A DNA stretch of 62,341 nucleotides, the filler included, from Hausera hauseri (Eukaryota), in the NCBI GenBank assembly GCA_046269625.1. It is 13 parts of 13 records of this genome, joined end to end, with 100 filler letters (N's around TTAATTAATTAA, not from the genome) between each part and the next. Parts side by side here need not be neighbours in the genome. Positions count along the whole stretch, not along the records: positions 50,076 to 54,091 come from JBJURY010817530.1; positions 54,192 to 58,188 come from JBJURY010830415.1; positions 58,289 to 62,341 come from JBJURY010792202.1; 10 more parts are not named here. The stretch is one strand, 5' to 3'. Below the pieces are notes generated by a model. It worked only from the letters and a program-made list of their open reading frames with translations, ran no database searches and was not told the DNA's origin. Shown piece after piece: positions 51,057-62,341 of this stretch (positions are counted from its first letter, which is position 1; each line of letters starts with the position of its first letter). A program made the position numbers and the translations under genes.

Positions 51057-52155
51057 TATTAAATTATTAAAGTCATACATGTTTACAGCCCATAGAAAAA
51101 AAACGAAAGCCGTAAATCACACACGTTTATTAGATAATCAGTAACAATGTAATCATTTAACATAAATCAGTCATTTATGATTGTAATGCACATCAGTAAT
51201 GAACCAGGTCTGTTCTTTGACGTAACCTGTTAATTAGTATCTCCGTATTTTCACTTTGATTCGATATTGTTCGGCTACTTTCGGCATTGATTGTACTTCA
51301 TGACCAATCACATCATTTTGTTGTGTCTTTTGACTCGAAATAACAACACGTGTATTAAACTGCTTCAACGATTTTTTATTACTTTCCAAACCACTGCGTA
51401 CAGTTATCAATGTCAATTGCATTTTATTCCCATCACGCTCACTGAATTCCTTTATACAATATGCAATTTTTTCATCCGAAACGTTGTGTCATCAACTTCC
51501 ACTGTTATCGGTTTAAAAAAAAGATTTCAGATTTTGATTCCAAAATGAATTACTTTGCATATGTTGGTGGTGGTATAAGAAGATCTAACTTTTACATCAA
51601 GGTATGAGTTTCTTTTCTGTCAGAGTATTTTGTCGCTTTATATTTCCTCTCCTTGGTGGTATAGCCATGTTTTTGTTCAACTATTTTCACATGTACATCT
51701 TTGTCACGAGACGATGGTTTCTCTATTATTGATGAGAATTCGGTCATCATGTTTTGTTCTGCCAGATGACGTTGATTTTTCTAATCATAATTCATCTGTT
51801 CAACTGTTGAAAATAATAAAAAGGTATGTTCATCATCATCATAATCAGACGCAAAAATGTTTTTCATCGAATGGAGAATTTTAGATTGATACCTAGCACA
51901 TCCACAATTGGATTGATTACCAATAAAATTTTAATCAAACGATATTTTTTCTCAGGAAAATGAGAAAGAAGTGAAATGTCACAAGGTTCATTCAACATTC
52001 AATATTCAATATTTCATTCACTATTGCATCAACGGTTTCACCGTAATCTGTCGATGTAAGTCAGACAATAACGACTTCCGTAAACTGGAGACACTTACAC
52101 AGAGCGGTCTGTATGAATTTAACCGAAGTACGGGAAATAATTCCAGTTCAAGTAC

Positions 52156-52800
52156 AGTAGGGGTAAGTGAGCGTTCTGACGCACTGCTCTGATTGGTCCG
52201 CCGACCAGTTTTCCTCACCTAATTGGCTAATCTGAACATTTTACTAAATTTTTCCCACGATCCCCCAAGGGACAGAAAAAAGTCGGGCAATGGATTTTGG
52301 ACCGAGACCAATCGATCGAGCCGGACAAGGCCAGCAAAAGTCAACCGTGCCGCGAAGCCGAAAAATGTAACCCGGCGGCACAGGATGCGGAAAAAGAAAA
52401 ACGGGCATTGTGCAACTGGCAACGCAACACATGTTGCTGGTATACCGAAATTTCGTACAGAGGTAAAATTGATGTTGACAAGTCGAATGGACACGGTTTC
52501 GGCGTCGTCAGACCATTCAAACATGGGGAAAAATCGATGGGAAATTTTCCGTCGGGTAAAATTTCCCCCTGTTGAAGTGTGCCAGTGATGGAAATGGGTC
52601 TCATACATTGCCCACAAGTTGGGGAAAATTTCATATTGTAACCCCCTCACGAGCAAACCAATGGATCCGGATGAAAAATGCAACCGAACCAAAAAAACGC
52701 ATTGGTAAAATATCAAAATCATTATTATCATCATCATTGCAAAGGCGTTCGTTTTGTAAAAACCTTAAGTTTGATTTTGTACGATGACGACAACAACGCA
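52156..52800 (+). mobile_element. family X terminal repeat (divergent copy)
   Basis: Starts AGTAGGGGTAAGTG and is colinear with 34017-34990. Confidence 0.75.
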
Positions 52801-53400
52801 TAAACTGAACTCACGACTCACCGCAATCAGTTGAGTCGGAAAAAATTTTGGACTGACCCAGTTCCAGACAGTAATGGAGCAGCAAAAATAAATAATAAGC
52901 AATTTATTATTTATTTCTAACTGGTTGGAATATGGGATAAATGATCAGTACTTTTAAAAACTCTTTGGACTTATATTTGAATTATGAGCGAAAAGAAAGC
53001 AAGCGAACTCCAGGATTTCGATCCTCCGACTTTGCCGAGCAAAGTCTCCTTTACTCAGACAATCATATTTCCCCACCTATCTTACTATAATAAAATTTTT
53101 GAAAATTTTTTTGTGACCTAGTTTTTGGACAACAACATTGCCCCACCTGACTATAGCAAACATTTTTGTTTGACCTAATTTTTGGACAACACCTTTTTTC
53201 ACCTACCTCTGTATAATAATCTTTCTGAGTAATGAGAAAACATTTTTATTATTTTTGTTTTGTACAATTACAATTACAATTACTACTGCTACTAAATCAT
53301 TCGAGTCAAATCGGATTACACAAACCACATGGGTTAGCCAATTCAGAAGAAGGAGAAGAATGATCATGACCATCCGAATTAATCATATTGCAATATTGTT

Positions 53401-53772
53401 TCAAACAAATTTCATCTGTTGACTTCCACGTAGGAATGTAAACCTTCTGATTACTACCACATCACCACCACCATGTTTGACAATATCGGTCATAAATTGT
53501 ACTTGACAAGGATTATCATCCAATGCATAACAATCAGTAATTTTCCCATATGTGCGAAACATCTTGCAGAATAAAAATTCCATATCACCAGCAACCTGCT
53601 TCATATGGCGTAAGTAGATTTCTCGTGCCCTCAAATTCTGTTCAGCAAGTAGGAGTAGCTTTTCAGGAGGCCAATGCCGAGCATTGTTCAAAGGCCAATC
53701 GAGATTGTACAGGTGGTTCCTGAGACCGTCGAATGAGTGGTATAAGCTAATGAGTTGCGTCAAGTGAGTCAT
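53401..53772 (-). CDS. unknown protein of family X elements
   Basis: 123-aa ORF with a homolog at about 35870-36230. Confidence 0.6.
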   Translation of the reverse strand: MTHLTQLISLYHSFDGLRNHLYNLDWPLNNARHWPPEKLLLLAEQNLRAREIYLRHMKQVAGDMEFLFCKMFRTYGKITDCYALDDNPCQVQFMTDIVKHGGGDVVVIRRFTFLRGSQQMKFV

Positions 53773-53889
53773 TGTATAATCTTATGGGAAAGAAACACAA
53801 GTATTTATATTGCAATGTAGCTTGAACACACACACAAAATAAATTGCATTAATACATAAAAACAAACACGTAGCGAAGTTATATGTATG

Positions 53890-54091
53890 GTTAAATACGG
53901 TCAATCAACTTTTCATTACAATACAAAGCGAAGCAGTAAATACTAGTCCAATGAAGAAATCAATACATCGTTTTCGTTTTCGTCTCATTTTATCCTCGAT
54001 ACGTTTTACGAAGATAGATCTGACCAGTAATTCAATATATTCTTGCCTGCTCATTATTCTCGTTTCTGTGAGCTCACATAAAAACTGTAGG
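53890..54091 (-). pseudogene. small basic protein with hydrophobic C-terminus, family X
   Basis: MSRQEYIELLVRSIFVKRIEDKMRRKRKRCIDFFIGLVF, homologous to ORF 36315..36518. Confidence 0.55.
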
Positions 54092-54191
54092 NNNNNNNNN
54101 NNNNNNNNNNNNNNNNNNNNNNNNNNNNNNNNNNNTTAATTAATTAANNNNNNNNNNNNNNNNNNNNNNNNNNNNNNNNNNNNNNNNNNNN

Positions 54192-55340
54192 GCCGATAAC
54201 CATTGAATAATAAATGGGCTTAGCTTAAGTTCCCCAAGTCGCAGCATTAAGAAGTCCAAAGGCACTCTATTGTACGCATCTTCCAGGTCAATTGCTGCCG
54301 CACATGTCTCTATGCGTGCTTGAAAACCTTCAAATACATCTTGGGCAAAAACAGCTGCATTACACCAGGTATCTCTGTGTGGACGGAACCCTCCAAGGGT
54401 TGGTGGGAGGATGTGTAACTCTTCGAGATGGCATGAAATTTTCCTAGCGATTATCTTCTCCAGCAGCTTACCAATAGTGTTCTGCATGGCTATGATGCGG
54501 TACCCCTGTATTTTATTGTGCTCTTTCCCAGGCTTAGGAAGTGGTATCAGGTAGCTGTGGAGCCAGTCCTCTGCGATTGTACCACTTTTAATGCTGCAGT
54601 TAAAGATGCGTACCAATTCTTCCATCTCTTTGTCAGTCAGCTTGCTTATGTCATCGTATCTTATACCATCAGGACCTGGTGCAGAGTTTTTTGACCGCTT
54701 AAGTGTCGATTTAACTTCCTCCACAGACAGTGTCTATAATCTCACCAAGTCCCATCATGTCCTTCTGCCCAGTTTGCTCTAAGTAATGAGTGAGAAAGGC
54801 CTTACCGGTACCTTTGTTCTCATCCATCCTCTGCCAGGTGAGATCAGTACTCTGGAAGGCAACGATGCCCTTGCATTTAGTTTGACCGTTCACAGCCTTA
54901 TGCAGTCGCCAGAATGTATTCAAAGATTTCTCACATGCCACCCTTACACAAAACTCCTCCCACTTGGCGATCTTAGCTTCTTTTGCAATCATTTTGAATT
55001 GTTTAACTTTTCCATCCCTAGCTTGTTTCAGCATCAAGATGATGTCACAGTGGACATTTGATTTCCTTGCTTTCTGCCATATTGCAACAGCCTGCCATTT
55101 TTCTATCCAGGCCTCATCGTTCCACCACAGGGGCTGTTCCCAACACTTCCTCACACTATTGTGAGTCTTTTGTTTGTCCTGTCTGATTTCACCCACAATG
55201 TCACGGCCGCTGCTGTCATAACTGAATGACTGTACCTTTGCCTTTTGTTTCCTGGTTCTTCCTTTCTCTAGCAGTATAATGCATGGGTAGTGGTCACTGC
55301 CATGATAGCCCAAAACATCCCATCTACAGACTGTGGTCAA
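54192..55340 (-). mobile_element. non-LTR retrotransposon ORF2 fragment (end of APE plus RT; I/Jockey-group-like)
   Basis: GSDHYP; SAPGPDGI; YRIIAMQNTIGKLLEKII; AIDLEDAYNRV. Confidence 0.9.
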
Positions 55341-55619
55341 TGGGGGAAACTAGGTTGTGTAGTCTTATGATCGTTTTTACTAATTTCCTTACTTCATGAT
55401 CCTTTTATGGTATTTCCATGATTACTCTAAAGCCCCTTGCATCAAATTTTTGTATTTTATTTCGCTAGTTAATGTGAATGTACAACATGCATATGAGAAT
55501 ACGGAAACAACTAGACTGCTTTTTTTATGTGACCGGTTTTCCTCTCATTTAATTTATTTTGTTATGTGGCGCTCTAGTGTGAATGTCTCATTTTGTTCAT
55601 GAAACGATTGCAATCGGTC

Positions 55620-56060
55620 CCAGGTATGTAAGCGTGTAACTGTCTCTAGGTCTTATCCATTCACCTGGCTAGGTACTCTAAATCCTGCTTTACTGTTCCT
55701 CATCACCTTTGTTTTGCAAGTGTTCATCACCATGCCGTATTATCTTGTTATCTAATAATTAACTTGTGTAACTCTTTGTCGTCTATATGTATGTACGTCA
55801 TCTGTAAGTCAGAGGTGTGTGATGCTTTCTCCCCCAACCCCTCGGCCACCCCTCCCCCCCGGTTATATTGTTCATAAATCATCTCTTAGAACCTCTGCCA
55901 TGAGTTTTTCGAGGAAGATGTTGATGGTACGCAGCCATGTCGCACACGAGCAATGATGGAAAACCATTCTGATTCTTCTATTCTCCCACATCCAGAAACT
56001 TCACTTCATGTCTTTAGATACACGTTTTAAATGGTATATGTCCATGTTAAACTGTATCGT
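55620..56060 (-). pseudogene. decayed second LINE RT fragment (RTE/CR1-like)
   Basis: THL*LTDD; MVMNTCKTKVM; EYLA. Confidence 0.45.
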
Positions 56061-57739
56061 TACTAGCGTGACTACATGTTATCTCTGATAAAACCAAATA
56101 AAAATGCATTACATGACTACCTCTCCATCCGTTTATTATCACACAAAAATGCATACTTTACTAATGCTTTTGTGTACTTCAAAAGTGTTAAATATTGTTT
56201 TTCAACCTGTCTACATACTTAATAAGCAAACTACAAGACAGGCATGCACCCAGCCAAAGAACGAACAAATCCATCATCCAACCAGCCAAAGAATGAATCA
56301 ATCAATCTAGTCAACAGCAATGGCTCTGCAGTCTAAATATCTCAGGCTGGTGGGAAACTACATACACACCAACACGAGCAAGGGCGCTCAGTGTAGTTTA
56401 GCTAGTAGGTCGAGAATGTTACCACTGGATGGCTACTGGGATTCATACGCTAAACTTGGGAGGTCAAAGGTCGACCGATAGGACTTAGCAACTGAATGCT
56501 CAGTTGCGGCCGCTCATTCCCGAATGATGCCACTACTTGCGATCTCCCCAAATCTTTATTATTAAAACTGCACAGTGCCAAAATTGACACTAAAGTCAAC
56601 AAGAACGGATGCTCGATGAATGTGGATCGAAAGAAAGAAACTTTCTTATCTTATCTTTCTATTTGTCCGTCCCCTCGTTCGTCTATTCTTCAGCTCATAA
56701 TATCTTTCAATACCCCTTGGTTTGTCCGCCCTATCTTACAGACTGAGACAATGTGTGTACTTACTTTCTGACCTGTTCTTCGATTACTGCACTCCCAGTT
56801 AATGACCAGAGACAACGTGTCGCCCACATTCGGCTGAATAATTTGATTACAACATTTTGTTTATCAAAAATAGGCAGAAATAATTATGTTGTTTTAAAAG
56901 CAACACACATTATTATTTAATAATCAGTTGTGAATAATGGAGAGTTATGAGCTGCATTATCATCACTGCACTCGAGACAAATCTATAGGTGCATCACTAT
57001 TTCCCCCAGCGTGTCAACTATTCTGTGTTGATTAACAAGTCGTCTTGCGCGTCGGATTTGACATTCGCGTTTCGCTTGGCCGTGTTTAATCCCTAGTACT
57101 CGCATTCTGGAGATCGATACATGTCCGATTGTGAACCTGACCTTCATAATTTGTAGCATCAATAATATATAGACAGATCAGCTACAACAGAAGGTACTCA
57201 GCGGTCACTAATATTGTATGTTGTGAACACCTTGTGAAGAAAACTAAAGCCAACTTAGACTTTATTAAAAGCATGCGCCTCAAAAACTTTCTGGTACTTT
57301 TCAGAAAAAGTGTATTCATTAATACAATGACTAAATATAATATCAGCTCTTACCATCAGTCACAAGAGGCTTTGACATAATATAAGTTCTGCCATAACCT
57401 TCTGGTACTGCTGTCAAATCATATGATCTTTTTGTTTTATGTTTGCTTCTAGATTCCTTCTGTGTAGCTTGGTTTTCTTTATCTGTAGAACATACATTTT
57501 ACATGTTATTAACTAGTACAAAATAAACATGATAAACATGCTTGATATATATGAATGATACTTGCACTGTTCTATGGGCACCTGAAATGTGGTAAAATCT
57601 GGGTGCACTCTGCATATATGAGTACAAAAAAAACACCAGACATAGAAAGAAATCATCTATGTACAAGTAGCATAACAGCTATAAACAAACATTTGAAATC
57701 TTACAAATAAAATATAACTTTAAAATTGGAAATTCAGCT

Positions 57740-58125
57740 TAGCTTAGTGGCATAGCGGTTAGTGCAATCATCTAGCGATAGTGTGGTTCTGGGTTCAATC
57801 CCAGCTGCAGGCATTGGATTTTTTTTTTCGCCCGAAACAGCTCCAGGGGCCAACCCTGTCTCACAAATGGGTACGGGAGAAATTCGCTGGGAAAGTAAAC
57901 GCGGCCTCGCGTTATGCGGACAACATAACCCAATCATGTGCCATTGTCTAGGAAACATGTAGACACTAGCTCTGTATTTCCCTACACGCCTTATGTAGGC
58001 GTGTAATGGACTTTACTGTCAACACCAGACCTTGACCTTGACAGGGCGAATTACCTTTATACGCCTTATGTAGGCGTGTAATGGACTTTACTTCAATACC
58101 AGACCTTCGCCTTGACAGACCGAAT

Positions 58126-58126
<1 letters not shown>
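57740..58126 (+). mobile_element. tRNA-derived SINE with duplicated 3' tail
   Basis: A box TGGCATAGCGG, B box GGTTCAATCC, core AAATGGGTAC...GTAAACGCGGC, and a tail repeated twice. Confidence 0.75.

Positions 58127-58188
<62 letters not shown>
58127..58188 (+). repeat. (CA)n microsatellite
   Basis: Pure CA run up to the contig end. Confidence 0.98.
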
Positions 58189-58288
58189 NNNNNNNNNNNN
58201 NNNNNNNNNNNNNNNNNNNNNNNNNNNNNNNNTTAATTAATTAANNNNNNNNNNNNNNNNNNNNNNNNNNNNNNNNNNNNNNNNNNNN

Positions 58289-58786
58289 TCTGATCGTGAG
58301 GCGGCTACAATGATATTTTCCCCAGCTTGTGGACAACGTATTAAACCAATTTCCATCACGGCAGACTTGAACATGGGGAAATTTTACCCGTTTGAAATTT
58401 TCCCATCGATTTTCCCCGTGTTCCCTTGGTCTGACCGACTTGTAACAGTGTCTGTTACAATCGCCAATATCGATTTACCTCTTGTACACATTTTCTCAGT
58501 GCTAGCAACATGTTTCGCGTTACACGTGGAGCATTTCCTGTTTTGCTTCCGCCTCTTCTAGCGCTTTTCCCTTACATTTTTCGCATACCACACTTATATT
58601 AACTTTTGCTCACCTCGTCACGGGCTATTGATATCACCTGGCCCAAAGTCCATTACTGGACATCCTTTCGGCCAGGTGCGGTCATCCGAAATTTTTAGTG
58701 AAATGTTCAGAATAGCCAATCAGGTGGGGAAAACTGATCGACGGACCAATCAGAGAAGTGCGGTAGAGTGGACACTTCTACCTACT
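58289..58786 (-). mobile_element. family X terminal repeat
   Basis: Ends ...CACTTCTACCTACT like the 13152 copy. Confidence 0.8.
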
Positions 58787-58821
58787 CGGTTTGAATGGCC
58801 GGCTTAACTCCTAAAGTTTAA

Positions 58822-61183
58822 CCCGTAACCTACAAATCTTTTTTACTGACGCAAACGGCCAAGGGGAGTCCGTTGGACTCTTTTAGAAAAAGAAAGGAAA
58901 TACATAAAAACTATATGTATTTCAATTGGTTTTCTTATTGAACAATACATTTCATTTGGTTTTTATTACAAAAAAGTAAAAACAATAATTTTGATAACAT
59001 AAAAAGTGAAAAACATGTATTATTCTGAATCTGATAAATTTATAATTGGTTGTCTTGCCCACTTGTTGCAAGTTTGTATTTGTCGCGTATGTTCTCTGCA
59101 TACATTACGTTGGCAAACACTACAGATTTGTTTCGCTCCTCTACCGATTCTATTTGGGCAAATATGACACCTATTCTTTGCTATATTGGTGGTGGTTAGG
59201 ATGGACCAGGTTCGTCATCACGTAGACAAGTAATTGTGGTGATAGTTTTATGAAGCGATCGGTGTAGTTCTGTTATAATATGCCTTTTGATATGTTCAAA
59301 GTTTATCTGACATGATAATTCAGTTAGAAATATCTTCCTTGCATAGCTTACCCTTTCATCGGTTTGGTGGTTTACATTTTGCCACAAAACGAATGCTCCA
59401 ATACCAGTCACTTTGATCAGATTCATAAAATATGCAAAAGACCATCTTAGAGTTCTCCGTTGTACTGTATAGGTATGGCAGAGTTCATCTAGAACACCCT
59501 TTGTCTTATTGTGGAATTAATTCATTTCCGTCTTCCCTTTCTGTTCAATTGTAGTTGTATGTTGTAAAATTGATAAAAACACCACAGCTTTGTTTTGTGG
59601 AACATGAGACAAGAGAGTCATAGTTGGTCTAAAACCAAATATATCTGAGTCGACTGCACGTGAGCGATGTGGCAAAAATTCACATATAATAAATAATTTA
59701 TTTATCCCTACAGTTCCAACAGAAGTCAGGCCATTTGCGAACAAACCTTGTGTTCATTGGTAAGATGTAAAAAGTTATCGAATTTTATGTTTCTGTGTGT
59801 TTTGTAATATGGTATACATAATTCATTGAAAATTTCTAGTGCAATATTGGTTCTTCGTGTAGAACCAGAATGTTCACGTCCCAAATATGGAATATCTTGA
59901 AGTGGATACCATGTTTCAGCATCACAGGTGCATAATAATTTCAAACCATTCTTATCTGGCTTACTAGGTAAATACTGCTTGAATGAACAGCGACCACGAA
60001 ATGTAACCAATTGTTCATCGACATTAATATTTTCACCGGGCGAGTACATTTCACGTAAACTCTTACATACTATATCAGACAAATCACGAACAGGTGCCAA
60101 TTTGTATCTCATACGTCGAACGGATCTGGCATTTTTGTCATCAAGGCGTATGTAACGTAAAATATTTTTGAATCGTTTTTTTGACATTATGGCTTTGAAA
60201 ATTGGCAGACTGCATAATGTGCCGAAAAATTCTTCATAATTTCTTTTGCTTTATCGATCTATTCCAGAAATAATCAACAAACCAACGAATGCTATAATTT
60301 CAATGTTATCAACTGATTCCCAATTCTTATTATGCTTTCTTGCTTCAATGTCAGTATAGCTTACGATAATCCCAATGACTGTATCATCAAAAATACAGCG
60401 GAAACAATCTATTTGTAAATCCATATGCTGACCTGTTCGTAAATTTACCCGGTGCAATGTAGTTCGACGTTGATATAGATTACATCGTGGAATTTGATGC
60501 GGTGTTGAAGACCATTCGGTGTTATCTCTACCAATGTGAACCAATGGGTCGTTTTGATGACCTGATTCAATTGCTATGCCTTCTTCATCATCATTACTTT
60601 CTATGAATTCGGTCAAATGTTCTTCAAATCACCATTTTCTACATCTGATTCATCAGTATTGCAACCACCAGTCCTTGCGATTTCTGCCTCCGTCAATTTA
60701 TTTCTTCTAACACGCAAGTCCATTCTTCGAACAGCACAAATTACTAAAATTTCAATTTCAATTTCAACGAAACGAAGAAACAATGAAAATATTACCTGAA
60801 AATGAAGTATATTGTACTTTAATATCCAAAAAATTACAAAAATGAAAATTTGTAGCTAGTATTTCTGATATAAACAAAAAATGAATGTTGTGTCACGAAA
60901 TAAAGAAATTACGATGACATTTCTACAACAAAAAATTCCAAGTTGTTCTTTTCTAATACTGGAGTTCGAAAGACTCCTGTTAGCCGGTAGCGAGAGCTTT
61001 TTGATTAAAGTTATTTTTTATACGCAAGCTTAGTGGAGTCAGCCAGTAAACATGTGAAATGTAGGTATTGAAGCCACGAATAAAATGCGATATCGTTTTT
61101 AAACATAACTTCATTTGAAGTATGTTTTCTTTTCATTTTTCAATCCTTCGGAGTCTGTTGGACTCCCCTTGACCGTTTACGGG
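58822..61183 (-). mobile_element. piggyBac transposon, both ends present, transposase (about 59040-60720) disrupted
   Basis: TTAA flanks on both sides; CCCGTAA...TTACGGG TIRs; VDEQLVTFRGRCSFKQYLPSKPDKNGLK; DNF; C-terminal cysteine-rich domain CHIC..CSVC..VCREH. Confidence 0.93.
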
Positions 61184-61419
61184 TTAAATATCAGTTATTT
61201 AAAGTTAAATAGGTGCAGACTAGCACGATCGCTGGTCGGACCACCAATCCGACTCACCCGCCGAGACGTGGTTAAATAAAACATTCAATACAAATTTGAA
61301 TAGTAATTTGTTAACCCCTGGGTATACATATTTCCAAAATATAATGTTAAGAAATAAGATAAAAATAGATTAAAACATTTTATTAATTTATTATATAAAA
61401 GGAATGAAATGTTCAAGGA

Positions 61420-61980
61420 CAGACCAACACATGTAGCTTTAAAGAAGAACGATTCTATTCGACCCTGTGGCGATTATCGACGGTTGAAGACTGCCACGAT
61501 AGCAGACAGCTACCCTTTGCCGCTTGTTTCAGATTTTTCACCGTTAATGCGTAAACACGTCTTCTCTACGATTGACTTACGCAAAGCTTATCACCAAATT
61601 CCAGTCTCACCTAAAGACGTCCCAAAGACCGCTATAACTAGGCCATGTGGTCTTTTTAAATATCTCTATATACCTTTTGGTCTTAGGAACGTAGCACAAA
61701 CGTTCCAAAGGCACAGACTAAATACTATCTGACTTTCCTTTCACCATAGCGTGTATAGGTGACATTCTAATAGCGTCTGAGAATGAACTTGAACTTTTAC
61801 GCCTTATGTATCGACACCAACACGATCATAACTTGCAGATAAATTGACATAAATGTAAGTTCATCTCTTTTTCAGTAGTCTTTATAGGACATTCAATTTC
61901 AGGTCAAGGCCTCTCCACTACCCGAGCGTCTACAATCCATACGAAACATACCAATCCCAACAATTATTTCCCAATTATGC
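61420..61980 (+). pseudogene. gypsy RT fragment
   Basis: RPCGDYRRL..DSYPLP..IDLRKAYHQIP..KTAI..PFGLRN. Confidence 0.88.
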
Positions 61981-62341
61981 ACTGTGAATAAGCATTATTG
62001 AGGCACCTTTGTTTTACTGGACTAATTGCAAAAATTAGTATTCAGAATTCTTGTAAAAGTCAATGGTTTAAGAAATTATAGATTATTTGAATTTGAATTG
62101 AACCTTTTTCGTTAAAATTGTATTGAAGTTTTTTACAAAACTGGTCAGATGTTGACAAATAACAGTTTCTTTCTACTCCAGACTTATTATGGCTAATGGA
62201 AAATTAGAACTATCAATGGATATTCTTCGTATGATCAAAGATATTAAACAAGAGCCCCATTGGACGCCGGATAAGATTATTGAAAACATAGTTGATGTTG
62301 GAGAATTATTTTATTGTCGCAAAAAATATCTGCAAGAATTC

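Noticed and set aside
51200-52150. Possible decayed coding sequence on the minus strand
   Set aside because: Fragmented with no motif recognised.
57740-57812. tRNA gene
   Set aside because: A and B boxes are present but the cloverleaf is poor and it continues into a SINE body.
5860-58288. Regularly recurring TTAATTAATTAA motif
   Set aside because: Always centred in identical N runs: an artificial six-frame-stop linker. For the same reason env (contig 5) and the exonuclease/FN3 cargo (contig 6) cannot be treated as one element.
62170-62341. Possible exon (MANGKLELSMDILRMIKDIKQEPHWTP...) after a ccAG
   Set aside because: Short, truncated by the window end and not identifiable.

Overview
This window is not one locus. 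It is 13 short (about 4-7 kb) unplaced contigs joined by artificial 100-bp N44-TTAATTAATTAA-N44 linkers, so adjacency across a linker means nothing. The DNA is from an AT-rich eukaryote (probably an invertebrate; planarian-like is an inference) and is dominated by mostly decayed transposable elements. These include Ty3/gypsy LTR elements and solo LTRs, a Polinton/Maverick-type protein-primed PolB, a near-complete piggyBac, two mariners, a pogo/Tigger, non-LTR RTs, a tRNA-derived SINE and a 3.4-kb (GAAC)n satellite. A few host-like exons and a phosphodiesterase pseudogene are also present. The most striking signals are cargo-carrying LTR retroelements. (1) Directly behind an LTR end and a tRNA-Met PBS lies a head-to-tail array of five RING/zinc-finger/IAP cassettes. 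Four of them start at a same-phase (phase 1) splice acceptor and the first four end in their own AATAAA, which suggests one LTR-encoded leader spliced alternatively onto a panel of E3-ligase/anti-apoptotic last exons. (2) One gypsy element has a chuvirus/gB-like envelope gene upstream of protease-RT-RNaseH-integrase. (3) Another has its env slot filled by an FN3-repeat membrane protein, followed by a DEDD-like pseudo-exonuclease.
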